From a virus, in IMG/VR virus record IMGVR_UViG_3300009499_000114, positions 14,579-78,578 of that record: DNA of 64,000 bases; one strand, given 5' to 3'. Made by a program: the position numbers and the translations under genes. The notes beneath the pieces are model-generated. The model had not been told where the DNA came from. It ran no database searches and saw only the letters and a list, made by a program, of their open reading frames with translations. This document shows, piece by piece, positions 9,249-19,310 of this stretch; position 1 is the stretch's first letter; every line of letters begins with the position of its first letter.

Positions 9249-9296
9249 GCCGGGACTGCTGGTGAACGAAAGTTCGCCTGTGGTCCCGGTTTTTTT
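9249..9296 (+). terminator. intrinsic terminator-like hairpin
   Basis: GCCGGGAC..GGTGAAC-GAAA-GTTCGCC..GTCCCGGT followed by a T-tract. Confidence 0.7.
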
Positions 9297-9320
9297 AGGT
9301 TAAGGTCTCCGGAGGAAAAG

Positions 9321-9536
9321 ATGATGAGAAGATTTAAAGTATTATTGATAACAGAAAAGTTCTTTGAGATCTGGGCTGACAGTTGGGATATCGATGCTAC
9401 ATCGGAACGCCTTCTCTTCAAATGTGGTGGGGATTACACCGCGGTCATCGCGGGCGGGATGTGGACGTGGCTCAAAGAAATGACACCCGATGAGACGCCC
9501 CCGGAAAAAGAATCCGATTCTGATGAGAGTGCATAG
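9321..9536 (+). CDS. hypothetical protein
   Basis: GGAGG RBS; 71 aa. Confidence 0.6.
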   Translation: MMRRFKVLLITEKFFEIWADSWDIDATSERLLFKCGGDYTAVIAGGMWTWLKEMTPDETPPEKESDSDESA

Positions 9537-10266
9537 TTACACTATTGTCCACTACGGCGCGGACTACGTCTGCTACGCCCTGCGGTCAGTCTACGACCAG
9601 GTTGAAAAACTGCATGTGTTCTACACGCCCCACCCGTCGCACAGTCACCGCGTCGACGTACCGCCACCTGAGTCACGAGACGAAATCGCAACCGCCGCGC
9701 TGGCATGTGATCCTGAAGGGAAGATCATCTGGCACGAGACTGACATCTGGCAGGAGGGGCCGCAGCGGGACTACGCGGTGGACGTATGCCGGCAGGCCGG
9801 GGCTGAGATGGTCCTGGTCGTGGACTATGACGAAGTATGGCACGACGCGACGCTGGAGAAGGCATTGAGGCACGCCTGGGAATCTAACTCAGTCCACAAC
9901 TGGCTGCTGAACTTCACGACCCTGTGGCGTTCGTTCGGCTGGGTCTGTCACGATGAACTATGGCCGGTGCGCATCAAGGATTTGCGGCACGTAGAGGGGA
10001 CAGCCTATCTACCGCGCGAACTGGGAGAGACATACCATTTCGGCTACGCGGTGCGTGACGAGATCATGCGCTATAAGTGGCTGGTGCATGGGCACAAGAA
10101 TGAAGCCCTGCCCGGCTGGTGGCGGGACAAGTGGGAAGCGTGGCCGCCGCCCGAAAACTGCCACCCGACCTGCGAGCACTTCTGGAACCCCGAACCGTTT
10201 GACCGGGCCGAGCTGCCGGCCCTGCTGCGGGAGCACCCGTTTTACAATCTAGAGAGGATTGAATGA
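9523..10266 (+). CDS. GT2-like glycosyltransferase
   Basis: GT-A-type N-terminus (YALRSVYDQV), QRD, VVDYDE (DxD) and HFGY. Confidence 0.7.
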   Translation: MRVHSYTIVHYGADYVCYALRSVYDQVEKLHVFYTPHPSHSHRVDVPPPESRDEIATAALACDPEGKIIWHETDIWQEGPQRDYAVDVCRQAGAEMVLVVDYDEVWHDATLEKALRHAWESNSVHNWLLNFTTLWRSFGWVCHDELWPVRIKDLRHVEGTAYLPRELGETYHFGYAVRDEIMRYKWLVHGHKNEALPGWWRDKWEAWPPPENCHPTCEHFWNPEPFDRAELPALLREHPFYNLERIE

Positions 10267-10472
10267 TGAAGTGGGAATACACGACCGTCATGGCCGAATT
10301 CTTGATGACGGGGGCCACACACCGCTTGAATAAATTGGGCAATGAAGGTTGGGAACTGGTCGGATTTGACTACGGATTCGCGTTTTTCAAGCGCCCGTCG
10401 GAAAAATATCTGAAGCAAGAACAAAAGCGGGAGCAGCAGCTAATTCATGACGCCTGCAAAAGAGGAAGATAG
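10263..10472 (+). CDS. DUF4177-like small protein
   Basis: KWEY...LNKLGNEGWELV...FFKRP. Confidence 0.75.
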   Translation: MMKWEYTTVMAEFLMTGATHRLNKLGNEGWELVGFDYGFAFFKRPSEKYLKQEQKREQQLIHDACKRGR

Positions 10473-11313
10473 CGTGGAAACGCCCGTGACCTTCGTCAGG
10501 ACTCGCTACGTATATGACTCCTACACAGATTTCTGGAAGCTGGTCGAACTATCTGGTTTCCCGACGATTTACGTCGACGAGCTGGACGCGAGCCAGCCGG
10601 GCGTCTTCATCGTCGCCCCGATGAACGGCGAATGGCGCCCGCATATTGACAACCAAGCGGGCAAGCCCCGCAACGCCCACCTGATAATGTGGAACCTCGA
10701 ACGGCCCTCCGGGTCCGCTGGGAGCGTGGGGCAATACGCCCAGGCGAACCGTGACCTGATATACAAGCGGCACGTGGACGAGGTGTGGGTTAGCGACCGG
10801 CGACTGGCTGCCGAGACCGAACTGCGCTTCGTGGTGCTCGGCTCCGACGAGGGATTGGGCGAACCAAGCGAGCGCAAGAAGTACCAATTCGTCCACATGA
10901 GCTACGAGACGCCCCGACGCCAGACGATCTACAAGCAGTTCAAGCCTGAGGCAGTTGCTCCCAACTGCTGGCCGCCCGAGCGTGACGAGGTGCTCAAGCT
11001 CAGCAAATTCGCGTTGAATGTCCATCAGGACAGTCACCCGTTCCAAGAACCGCTGAGGTTCGCGCTGTTCGCCGCCTATGGGCTGCCCATCGTCTCGGAG
11101 ACCATCTACGACAGCTATCCCTGGTCGGAGGAGTTCATGGTCTATGCGCATTACGACGGGCTGGTAGGCAAGATGCGGCAGGTGCTCAACAACGACTACG
11201 AGCGGTGGCGGGAGATGGGCTTGGCGGCGCGGGAGCGTATGTGTGGCGAGTTCCGGTTCAAGGACATGGTGGAGCGGGCCGTAACCGAGAGCGTAGGGGG
11301 TGACTGGCGGTGA
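10447..11313 (+). CDS. GT-B (CgeB-like) glycosyltransferase-like protein
   Basis: SKFALNVH..EPLRF..AAYGLPIVSE C-terminal motif. Confidence 0.65.
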   Translation: MTPAKEEDSVETPVTFVRTRYVYDSYTDFWKLVELSGFPTIYVDELDASQPGVFIVAPMNGEWRPHIDNQAGKPRNAHLIMWNLERPSGSAGSVGQYAQANRDLIYKRHVDEVWVSDRRLAAETELRFVVLGSDEGLGEPSERKKYQFVHMSYETPRRQTIYKQFKPEAVAPNCWPPERDEVLKLSKFALNVHQDSHPFQEPLRFALFAAYGLPIVSETIYDSYPWSEEFMVYAHYDGLVGKMRQVLNNDYERWREMGLAARERMCGEFRFKDMVERAVTESVGGDWR

Positions 11314-11570
11314 TTGAGTGCGGTTCGGCACCGCGAATCCGTTTCAGAGATTCTGAATATCTCTTAATTGACGGGGTGATTGCTACCTGTGAGCAATTTG
11401 AGAATGGACATCTGGGCTTTGCTTACGTCTATGAAGACGGGCTCATAAGACGCTACGGGACTGTCATCGGTTCAGTTCAGGACATGACGTTCTTGGGTGA
11501 GGATGAACAAATATCAATGACTACAGAAGGATTAGTAAATCTGCTAAAGGAAGGAACAGCATCTCTCTAG
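11310..11570 (+). CDS. hypothetical protein
   Basis: GTGA overlap; 86 aa. Confidence 0.55.
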   Translation: MIECGSAPRIRFRDSEYLLIDGVIATCEQFENGHLGFAYVYEDGLIRRYGTVIGSVQDMTFLGEDEQISMTTEGLVNLLKEGTASL

Positions 11571-11584
11571 AGAGGAGAACAACG

Positions 11585-12100
11585 ATGACTTTGAATTTGG
11601 CACAACGGACACGAAATCGAATTGCTGAATGGAATAGAGACAGAAAAATCAGACCGGAAGATTATAGCTGTGGGGGAGATGGTTCATTATCTATTGCTTT
11701 TCTAGATGAACTTTTGTTTGCCAAGTTTCCAGAACTGTGGGAAAGTGATAAGATCGATACTTTCTTTGTCCGGGGCGAAATGTACGAGTCGGTTCTGCAA
11801 GGGAAGACGAAAACGATAAATCGTCCTCGCAAGATAAGACTTGGAGAGAAGAGCGACACTCTTCATATCTGGCGCAATGGGCGTGCCCTGTGGAAAGTCG
11901 GGCAGGTTTATACTGTTCCAAGAGAAAATGCAAGTGAAGACATAACGCAAAAACATTCTGCGAACGATGATGGTAGTTTCACGTATACGCATACCATTGG
12001 ATATGATTCAATGGGATGTGATCCTCAAGGAAGGTTGCGCTTGACGAATATTGAGCCTCTCAGAAATCACGATGTTTTGACTTTTGAGATTGTGGAATGA
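11585..12100 (+). CDS. hypothetical protein, ASCH-like C-half
   Basis: GAGGAG RBS; SVLQGKTKTINR..WKVGQVYTV..GRLRLTNI resembles ORF 51846-52427. Confidence 0.5.
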   Translation: MTLNLAQRTRNRIAEWNRDRKIRPEDYSCGGDGSLSIAFLDELLFAKFPELWESDKIDTFFVRGEMYESVLQGKTKTINRPRKIRLGEKSDTLHIWRNGRALWKVGQVYTVPRENASEDITQKHSANDDGSFTYTHTIGYDSMGCDPQGRLRLTNIEPLRNHDVLTFEIVE

Positions 12101-12903
12101 AACTCTCTGGCTTCACCTTCGTCCACAACGCGATAGAGGGTGGATACCCCATCGTAGAGTCCATCGGGGCCGTCCTGCCACACGTGGATGAGGTAGTCGT
12201 GGTGGACATGGAGTCCGACGATGGGACGCACGAGATCCTGGAGAAACTCGGTGTCAGGGTCCTAGACGGGCTCTGGTCACGCGACGGGGATCGCACCCTG
12301 CAGGACACCTTCCACCTGCACCGGGAATGCGAGCACGACACGGTCATCTTCTTCGAGGCCGACGAGGTATTCGAGGACCGGCTGTTGGAGAATGTCAAAG
12401 ACGCGCTGATTGCAGGCCACTCTGAGGTAGCCATCCATCGCCTGAAGCTGGAGCAGAATTTCCAGCGCTGCCGGTGGTATCCGTTTCCGGTCACGCGCGT
12501 GGTACGCAAGGGTTACGAGGGTTACGTCCCGTCGCAGATGGGGGTGTCTGAGGATGCCTTTGTACTGCCGACGTCGGCTGGCTACCTGTGGGACATCTCA
12601 AATTGCTTCCGCGACAACTGGTTAAGGCGACTCGAGAACCAGTCTGAACTATGGGGTCAGCCACGCTTCCTGATGGTGCCGTACAGGTATGAAGAGGCCG
12701 TGGCGCTGACGGAAGAGGACATGATCGCCCGGCTGGGGGCCGAGCGCTGGACGTGGACCGGGACGCCGTTCGCCCTGCCAGAGATACTGAAGCCTCTGGT
12801 GGGGATGACGAAATACGAGGCGAGAATTCAGGAAAATGCCGATGAAGACGAATGCTCTCTTGAAGTGACGGTGGACAATCTGGGAAATGATGTCCATGCT
12901 TAA
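12097..12903 (+). CDS. GT2 glycosyltransferase
   Basis: SGFTFVHN..VDEVVVVDMESDDGT..EADE. Confidence 0.85.
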   Translation: MKLSGFTFVHNAIEGGYPIVESIGAVLPHVDEVVVVDMESDDGTHEILEKLGVRVLDGLWSRDGDRTLQDTFHLHRECEHDTVIFFEADEVFEDRLLENVKDALIAGHSEVAIHRLKLEQNFQRCRWYPFPVTRVVRKGYEGYVPSQMGVSEDAFVLPTSAGYLWDISNCFRDNWLRRLENQSELWGQPRFLMVPYRYEEAVALTEEDMIARLGAERWTWTGTPFALPEILKPLVGMTKYEARIQENADEDECSLEVTVDNLGNDVHA

Positions 12904-12954
12904 ATACTGACCGGGCTTGGTGTGTTAGTTTCACGACGAACAAGAGGTGAGGGT

Positions 12955-13200
12955 ATGAAGATCACAGAGGTTGAGATTAAGCGTTTCATGACCTGGGGTC
13001 AGGCTATTTTGATTTGCTGGGGCATTATATCAATCCTTATTTCCCTCTTTTTTGGGACTCGTACTACTAATCTAGACCCTGTCAGTAATTTGTATTGCGT
13101 CATCTTTCTTATCTGGTGCGCATATTCCCTGATGAGCCTCGGTGCAGGAATCGGTTGGTACATTGCGTGGTCCGTGTTCTTTTGGGAGCGGAAAAAATGA
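12955..13200 (+). CDS. small membrane protein
   Basis: Two to three hydrophobic segments; GAGGT RBS. Confidence 0.55.
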   Translation: MKITEVEIKRFMTWGQAILICWGIISILISLFFGTRTTNLDPVSNLYCVIFLIWCAYSLMSLGAGIGWYIAWSVFFWERKK

Positions 13201-13520
13201 CCGATATTCATGGTCTTGAAACTGATGAGAATACGAGAATAGAATGGCCCCCGAAGTGGAAATGGACGGTCTGGAAAGCGAAATCTAAGTTCAAGTACCG
13301 TCTAGGCCTGACGCATCAGTTTCACTGTAAACATTGTGGTGCTCCTATCGAGGAGATAGAAGTTTCTGGCTGGGGAGGCCAGATGTGGCAATGGCATTGT
13401 GTCTTTTGCGGATGGAATTTAGGAACCTCTGGTGGTCATGCACCTAGAATTATGAAGTCATCTCATAGACGAATATTGATCATTCGAAAATTAACGTGGA
13501 GGCTGAGATGCCGACTGTAG
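13197..13520 (+). CDS. small Zn-finger protein
   Basis: CKHC...CVFC; ATGA overlap. Confidence 0.55.
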   Translation: MTDIHGLETDENTRIEWPPKWKWTVWKAKSKFKYRLGLTHQFHCKHCGAPIEEIEVSGWGGQMWQWHCVFCGWNLGTSGGHAPRIMKSSHRRILIIRKLTWRLRCRL

Positions 13521-14326
13521 CATTCGTCACCTACTGCCACCCGCCGCATTTGCTCAGATTGCATGTGCCCGGTGTGCTGGAGGAGATAATCGCGTCGCAC
13601 AAATATCCGTTTGACGAGATCGTCGTGGTACACCAAAACTGCCGGGGATTAGAATATTCGCCCGTTAAGGACCCGTCGGTGCGTGTTCTGGAGAGCGAAG
13701 ATTACCATCCCGGCATCCTGGCTGAGTTCGGGATACCGGAGGAGGACGCAATTGCTGAGGAGCTTTCGGGCGGCGAGGACCAGCCGCGCCATTGGAAGTG
13801 GCAAACCATAAACCATCTCATCGGCCTCAAGGAGGCTACATCGGATTACGTCGTGTTCTCGGACTGCGATTGTCTCCTCATTAAATCATCGCCAAAGCGG
13901 TCGTGGGTTGAGGAAGGAATTGGCATCTTGCGGAAATATCCCAAGGTGCTCATCGTCTCGCCCAGTGACGGCGGGAGCATACGCGAGGACGTGATACCCG
14001 AGGCATTCTTGACGCGGAATGCAAGTCAGCAGCTATTCATCGCAGAGAGGGAGCGGTTCAGCAAGATTGACTTTAATGTGCCCTGGGATGGGAAGAAGAA
14101 AGCCCCGGGCGATCCGTTCGAGGCATTCTACGTGCTCATGGAAGGGCGGATTTGGCGATACCTTGATAAGTACAAACTTTGGCGGGCCTTCCTACCTAAT
14201 ACCTGGCGATACTGGCACTATGACGGTGGGGCCTGGGCACCCCGGAATTGGATAGGCGAGGGAAGGCCGGTGTACAGTGGGACGAATGACGGATGGGTGC
14301 TTATAAAGGAACGCCGAGATGGGTAG
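13508..14326 (+). CDS. GT-A glycosyltransferase-like protein
   Basis: FDEIVVVH..DYVVFSDCD (DxD); GGAGG RBS. Confidence 0.7.
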   Translation: MPTVAFVTYCHPPHLLRLHVPGVLEEIIASHKYPFDEIVVVHQNCRGLEYSPVKDPSVRVLESEDYHPGILAEFGIPEEDAIAEELSGGEDQPRHWKWQTINHLIGLKEATSDYVVFSDCDCLLIKSSPKRSWVEEGIGILRKYPKVLIVSPSDGGSIREDVIPEAFLTRNASQQLFIAERERFSKIDFNVPWDGKKKAPGDPFEAFYVLMEGRIWRYLDKYKLWRAFLPNTWRYWHYDGGAWAPRNWIGEGRPVYSGTNDGWVLIKERRDG

Positions 14327-14750
14327 CAATTCTATGCTTCATGTCAAGATCAATTTATTAGTTGCTGAGCATATCTTCGGCGCTGAACGGGGAGAATACG
14401 TGTATGGACCAAAAGAGGCCATGCCCGAGGGCACGAGAGAAGAGCAGTGGGCTATACCTCCTGATCAAAGATTGTTCTTTGCCTGGTTTACTCCGCCAGG
14501 TGAACGCACTGAACCAATTTTAGGTTATTGCTACAGGAATTTTTCGGAAGAGATTTCGGAAGCATGGCAAGTAGAAGAACGTCTCACGAAAATGAAACTT
14601 CAAGATGAGTACATCAATCATTTACGTGGGATCGTCAATGCGAATGAATGGGTTGAAAATGAGGAATGGCTGATGGTGCACGCTTCACCGAAGGAACGTT
14701 GTCTAGCAGCACTAAGAGCAGTCGGTGTAGTAATTGAGGAACCGGCATGA
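14319..14750 (+). CDS. phage ABA-sandwich-like protein
   Basis: INLLVAEHIFG..FSEEISEAWQVEE..ASPKERCLAAL. Confidence 0.7.
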   Translation: MGSNSMLHVKINLLVAEHIFGAERGEYVYGPKEAMPEGTREEQWAIPPDQRLFFAWFTPPGERTEPILGYCYRNFSEEISEAWQVEERLTKMKLQDEYINHLRGIVNANEWVENEEWLMVHASPKERCLAALRAVGVVIEEPA

Positions 14751-15610
14751 ACTATCTACCTGTTTCAGCTTGCACTCTCACCCGCGATGCCTTTGCCGGG
14801 GGCTGGTGTCTGTTCGAGTCAATGGCTTCGCTATTACCGTTCGTGGAAGAACTCGTGGTGATGGACCTGGGCTCAACCGACGGGACCCTAGAAGCTCTGC
14901 GCGAGATCGCGGAAGCCAACCCTAAGTTCAAGATCATTGCTCGGCCCGATTGGCCCAGAGTTGACGCGGGCGTCCTCTCGGATCTAATGAACGAACTCGT
15001 GGAGATTTGCCGCTATGAGCGTGTATTGTGCTTCGGGTCCGATGAAGTGTGGCACGAGGACCTATTGCTTCGCATGGAAGATCACTTTGAGCAGGGCAAG
15101 TTTAACCTGACTTTTTGGCGTCTCCAGTACCGGGATAATTTCCAAAGTATCAAGTGGCCTGCTCACACGGTGCACAGAGTTGGACTCAAGGGACAACTTG
15201 ATTTTGTCGACGACGCAATGATGACACGGAAGAGGCATGGTGCCGAGCTTTGTTCCCAGTACGGCGGTACAACTTATGATCACGACCCGCAAATGAATGA
15301 TCCGGAGGGCGCCAAGTCTTTCGTTCATGACATGATCGTAGATGTGTCCAAGGCCGCCTTTCTTGACAATGCCAAGGTGAAAAGCGAACTGCTCGCCCCA
15401 TTCTGGCACGAGTCGCCTAACGTTGAGGGCAAACCGACGGACGAGTGGCTGCACGAGGCGAGGGAGAACCCAGACTGGGCACAGACCGAATCGCCATTTA
15501 ACCTGCCGAAACTTCTGCGCTGGCACGTCGGGAGGCCACGGTATGAGTTGCGACCCGAGTTGCTGGAGGCGCTGAAGCGAGACGAGACGAGGAAGCTGCT
15601 GGGAATATGA
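14747..15610 (+). CDS. GT2 glycosyltransferase (paralog of 12097-12903)
   Basis: VEELVVMDLGSTDGT..GSDE..PFNLP. Confidence 0.85.
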   Translation: MNYLPVSACTLTRDAFAGGWCLFESMASLLPFVEELVVMDLGSTDGTLEALREIAEANPKFKIIARPDWPRVDAGVLSDLMNELVEICRYERVLCFGSDEVWHEDLLLRMEDHFEQGKFNLTFWRLQYRDNFQSIKWPAHTVHRVGLKGQLDFVDDAMMTRKRHGAELCSQYGGTTYDHDPQMNDPEGAKSFVHDMIVDVSKAAFLDNAKVKSELLAPFWHESPNVEGKPTDEWLHEARENPDWAQTESPFNLPKLLRWHVGRPRYELRPELLEALKRDETRKLLGI

Positions 15611-15936
15611 CCTACATCTTGCGCTGGATGCTGGCTATCTTCGCTACCTACCGTCTGGCTAAATTGCTGGCCGAGGAGGATGGGCCGTTGTTCATCCTCA
15701 AGCGGATGCATGAGTTCACTGATACCCGGCGAGCATATGAGCAATCTCGATATATAGACGACGGCCCCTGGGCCAGCCTGGACGAGGGGCTGCGCTGCCA
15801 GTACTGCGCCGGTGTCTGGGCGGCGGCCCTGTTTGCGGCCCTGGCGCGGCACCCCACACATTTAGGCGATGCGCTATTAGGCTGGTTGGGCCTGGCGGGG
15901 ATGCAATCCTACCTATTCAAAATCGGGGGCGAATGA
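15607..15936 (+). CDS. DUF1360-like membrane protein
   Basis: ATYRLAKLL..DGP..CQYCAGVWAA plus hydrophobic segments. Confidence 0.75.
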   Translation: MTYILRWMLAIFATYRLAKLLAEEDGPLFILKRMHEFTDTRRAYEQSRYIDDGPWASLDEGLRCQYCAGVWAAALFAALARHPTHLGDALLGWLGLAGMQSYLFKIGGE

Positions 15937-15940
15937 TGCC

Positions 15941-16609
15941 ATGCACAAAGAAGCGAAAGAAGAAGAGGCGAAAGTGACGTCAGGGGACGACACCAGAATC
16001 CTGATCCTTGCGGGCGGTAAGGCAGGTCAGGATCACAAATCTTGGCAGGACAAAAGGGAACGGTTCTTGCTGCCTATCGCTGGCGAACCGTTGCTCCTGC
16101 GCACCACCCGATTATGCCGGCAACTCGGATATCTGCCGACGATTGTGACCAGTATTCCCGCGGTTCAGGTTGCGGTGGGAAGATATTTCAATCCCGGCCC
16201 GAACAAATATGTCTGGGACACGATACGCGGCACCCGCGAACTGTGGCGGAAGCGCACCGTATTCCTGGTGGGTGACGTGCTTTTCTTCACCGACACGCTT
16301 GAGCGGATCTTGACTTCACGGGAAACCTGCTCCTGGGAAGGAACCTGGGGAGGAGACACTTTCGGTGTGATCGCGGTCGTCTTCAACGACGAGAAGTGGG
16401 AGACCGTCTCAGGCTGGTGCGAACTCGCCTGGCAGGAAGCTGAGCGAAGGGGCAACAGCGTCCTCCAGATTCTCAAGCAGTTGAAGTTGATCGAGAACGT
16501 GATATACGATGACGCGCGGGACGACGTGTATGACTTTGACCTGGTCCGATATTGGGAAGAGTGCGTAACACGCTTTCCGTGGATACTGGGCAATGAACCT
16601 CAGGACTAA
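15941..16609 (+). CDS. NTP-transferase-like (nucleotidyltransferase fold) protein
   Basis: ILILAGG..LLPIAGEPLLLRT..LVGDV..DFD. Confidence 0.75.
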   Translation: MHKEAKEEEAKVTSGDDTRILILAGGKAGQDHKSWQDKRERFLLPIAGEPLLLRTTRLCRQLGYLPTIVTSIPAVQVAVGRYFNPGPNKYVWDTIRGTRELWRKRTVFLVGDVLFFTDTLERILTSRETCSWEGTWGGDTFGVIAVVFNDEKWETVSGWCELAWQEAERRGNSVLQILKQLKLIENVIYDDARDDVYDFDLVRYWEECVTRFPWILGNEPQD

Positions 16610-17012
16610 ACGGGTAGTGTTCACCTCGGGCGTGTGGGACTTGCTGCACGAGGGGCATCGTAACCGCCTACGAGGGGCGAAGGCCCTGGGCGATACATTG
16701 GTGGTGGGGATAGTCACCGACGAGTTTGCAAGGTCGTATAAAGACCCGCCCGTCTGGGATTACGAACGGCGCTTTGAGGAAGTGGTCAGTTTGCCCTACG
16801 TGGACATCGCCGTTCCGCTTGGGGGGTTTACAGACTATTGGGCCATCGAAGAATATGGGGTAAGTGTACGGGTGATCGGCCCTGAGTACGGGCGGTTTAC
16901 GGGCCAGGTAGAGGCTCGGGCTGAACTTGAACGGCGGGGCATCAAGTTTGTCGTCTTGCCCCGCACCCCGGGGATTTCGTCTACCCAATTACGAAAGAAA
17001 ACGGAGGTTTGA
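16593..17012 (+). CDS. HxGH cytidylyltransferase (TagD/GCT-like)
   Basis: GVWDLLHEGH..LVVGIVTD..RTPGISST. Confidence 0.9.
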   Translation: MNLRTKRVVFTSGVWDLLHEGHRNRLRGAKALGDTLVVGIVTDEFARSYKDPPVWDYERRFEEVVSLPYVDIAVPLGGFTDYWAIEEYGVSVRVIGPEYGRFTGQVEARAELERRGIKFVVLPRTPGISSTQLRKKTEV

Positions 17013-17837
17013 ATGAAGAACTTGTTGATTGCGCTTATCCTGACCGTCCTGGCCGGGTGCGCCCCGCAAACTAGATCTTTGACCTACGTCATCATCCCGG
17101 CCGAGGAGGCCGTAAAATCGCAGGGGCAATTTGAGCCGTTCGTTGAATACCTCTCCGGCAGACTGGGGCGCGAGGTGGAGTTGATGGTCGTGTCCGACTA
17201 CGCGGCCGTGGTCGAGGCCATGAAGTACGGTCACGCCGACATCGCCAGGTTTGGCCCCTTCAACTACGTCCTAGCTATGCAGGAGGCAGACATTGAAGTC
17301 CTCGTGGCAGGAATCAAAGAAAATACCATGGGGCCGTCTTATCACGCGCTGATTATCGCCCGGGCCGACCGGGGCGTCACCGACTTGGAGGGGAAGTCCT
17401 TTGCATTCTCGGATGTGGGCTCGGCTTCGGGCTATCTGGCTCCCATGACGTATTTGCAGGAAAACGGGATACAGCCTGGCGAGATATTCTTCTCTGGCTC
17501 GCACAGTGCGTCCATCGAGGCTGTTAGGAATGGGACCGTGGACGTCGCGGCCCTAGCCGACAATCGCTACCTGGAGGCGCTAAAGGAAGGCGTCATCAAT
17601 ATAGGAGAGTTCGTCATCTTGTGGGAATCTAGCCCCATCCCGAATTCGCCCATCGCGGTCCAGAAATCAATGGACCCGAACCTGAAGGCGCAAATCTTGG
17701 GAGCATTCCTCGAAGCGCCAAGGGAGATTGTGGAGGGACTGGGCATCGGGGAAGTCGACTACGTTAGGATACAGGACAGTGACTATGACATCATCCGGCA
17801 GATGCAGGAGACGCAGGAACGCCTGGCTGGGGATTGA
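17013..17837 (+). CDS. phnD: phosphonate/phosphite ABC substrate-binding lipoprotein
   Basis: LAGC lipobox; SDYAAVVEAM..ADIA; FSDVGSASGYLAP; GSH; IPNSP. Confidence 0.9.
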   Translation: MKNLLIALILTVLAGCAPQTRSLTYVIIPAEEAVKSQGQFEPFVEYLSGRLGREVELMVVSDYAAVVEAMKYGHADIARFGPFNYVLAMQEADIEVLVAGIKENTMGPSYHALIIARADRGVTDLEGKSFAFSDVGSASGYLAPMTYLQENGIQPGEIFFSGSHSASIEAVRNGTVDVAALADNRYLEALKEGVINIGEFVILWESSPIPNSPIAVQKSMDPNLKAQILGAFLEAPREIVEGLGIGEVDYVRIQDSDYDIIRQMQETQERLAGD

Positions 17838-18579
17838 AGTCCTCGCCCTCGTAGTTCTTTTCTCGTGGTCAATCGGCGGCGTCGCGGACGACCTGTCGCG
17901 CATCCTTGTGGGGTTCCCGTTCATCTGCGATTATCTTGCGGGGATGATCCCGCCCGACTGGTCAATCCTGCCGGAACTTTGGGGACCATGGGTTGAAACG
18001 TTAAGAATGGCAATCCTGAGCATCATGTTGGCGTCTGTGATTGCGTTACCGCTCTCATTTCTGGCCGCGGTCAGTACGACATCTAACATCTTAACATACG
18101 CAATGGCACGGAGTCTCATCAACTTATTTCGGGGCTTGCCAACCTTGTTACTGGCTATCTTGTTCGTGGCAATGGTTGGGCTTGGGCCTTTGGCCGGGGT
18201 ATTTGCGCTGACCTGTCACTGCATCGGGTCGTTGGGCAAGTATTTCTCGGAGGCCATCGAGGCCACGATACCCGTAGTAACCGACATTATGGAAGCCATG
18301 CAGGTAGATGGGGCCAGCAGGGGCTTGGCTCTTTGGTATGGATTGTTGCCCGAGATAGCGCCACTGTTCGCTGGCTACATCCTGTACTACTTTGAGTGGG
18401 CGTTAAGAGTTGGAACTGTGATGGGTCTGGTCGGGGCCGGGGGCCTTGGATTATACCTGACAATGACGGTGCGCCTGTTCAAGCGGCAGCAGACGCTGGC
18501 GGTCGTGCTGGTCATCCTGGCTACCGTGACGGCGGTGGACGTGCTGAGCTACGTTGTGCGCTCAAGGTGGATTGATTGA
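17785..18579 (+). CDS. phnE: phosphonate ABC permease (start uncertain)
   Basis: PPDWS..ETLRMA..FVAMVGLGPLAG..GKYFSEAIE..GLVGAGGLG. Confidence 0.9.
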   Translation: MTSSGRCRRRRNAWLGIEVLALVVLFSWSIGGVADDLSRILVGFPFICDYLAGMIPPDWSILPELWGPWVETLRMAILSIMLASVIALPLSFLAAVSTTSNILTYAMARSLINLFRGLPTLLLAILFVAMVGLGPLAGVFALTCHCIGSLGKYFSEAIEATIPVVTDIMEAMQVDGASRGLALWYGLLPEIAPLFAGYILYYFEWALRVGTVMGLVGAGGLGLYLTMTVRLFKRQQTLAVVLVILATVTAVDVLSYVVRSRWID

Positions 18580-19310
18580 TGAATGATTGCAGGATATTTG
18601 TACCCGTATCAAACCGCTTTCAATGGGAACTTGGGCCGTTCTTTCATCTGTTCAACAAGTTTTGGGACGCAAACCTTCCAGTTACGGTACTGAGTTCGAG
18701 AAAGCCGAATTTCCAGTTTGAAAATCTGGAATACGTGCAAGTTCCGGGCCATCTTTTCCAGGAAGGCGATTGGTACTGGGGCTTGTTCGGGAACGGAATA
18801 AAGTGGTTTCTCGAGCAGATACCGGAGTCAAATGTAATCATCATGATGGCTGATCACTGGCCGAAAGAGCCCGTGGACACCGAGACCATCGCTATCCTGC
18901 TGGAGTACGCTTCTGATCACAAAGATGTTTTCCGCATCTCCCTGTTTCCCCATCATGCATTATCGGTCCTGGAACGCACTGAAATATATAAGGGAGTTGA
19001 ACTTTGGGAGTGCCCTGGCCACCAGCCGGGATGTTTCCTCTTGATGAGCCTAGTACCCGCGATATGGAACAGGGATTTACTGATTGAGGCGGTAAAAGAG
19101 GACTGCGGCCCGTGGGAGTTTGAAGCTTTAGGCTCAAATATACTGAAGGCGAAATCCCCTGGCCTCAGGCACATCATTTCAATCCCGCAGGCTATCTATT
19201 ATGCTCACGTCGCCCGCACCAGGGCGAAACAGATCCACTTGAGCGCCATGCCCGCGAATCTCGCCGAGGAAATTAAGAAATGGATTCCCAGCGACATCCA
19301 AGTAAAATAG
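18576..19310 (+). CDS. glycosyltransferase-like hypothetical protein
   Basis: GT-A-like pattern (VIIMMADH..PAIWNR..PWEFE). Confidence 0.5.
   Translation: MMNDCRIFVPVSNRFQWELGPFFHLFNKFWDANLPVTVLSSRKPNFQFENLEYVQVPGHLFQEGDWYWGLFGNGIKWFLEQIPESNVIIMMADHWPKEPVDTETIAILLEYASDHKDVFRISLFPHHALSVLERTEIYKGVELWECPGHQPGCFLLMSLVPAIWNRDLLIEAVKEDCGPWEFEALGSNILKAKSPGLRHIISIPQAIYYAHVARTRAKQIHLSAMPANLAEEIKKWIPSDIQVK

Noticed and set aside
7672-9320. Group I intron interrupting the capsid gene around the GIY-YIG ORF
   Set aside because: The capsid ORF looks complete, the endonuclease has its own promoter and RBS, and no intron core or downstream exon is evident.
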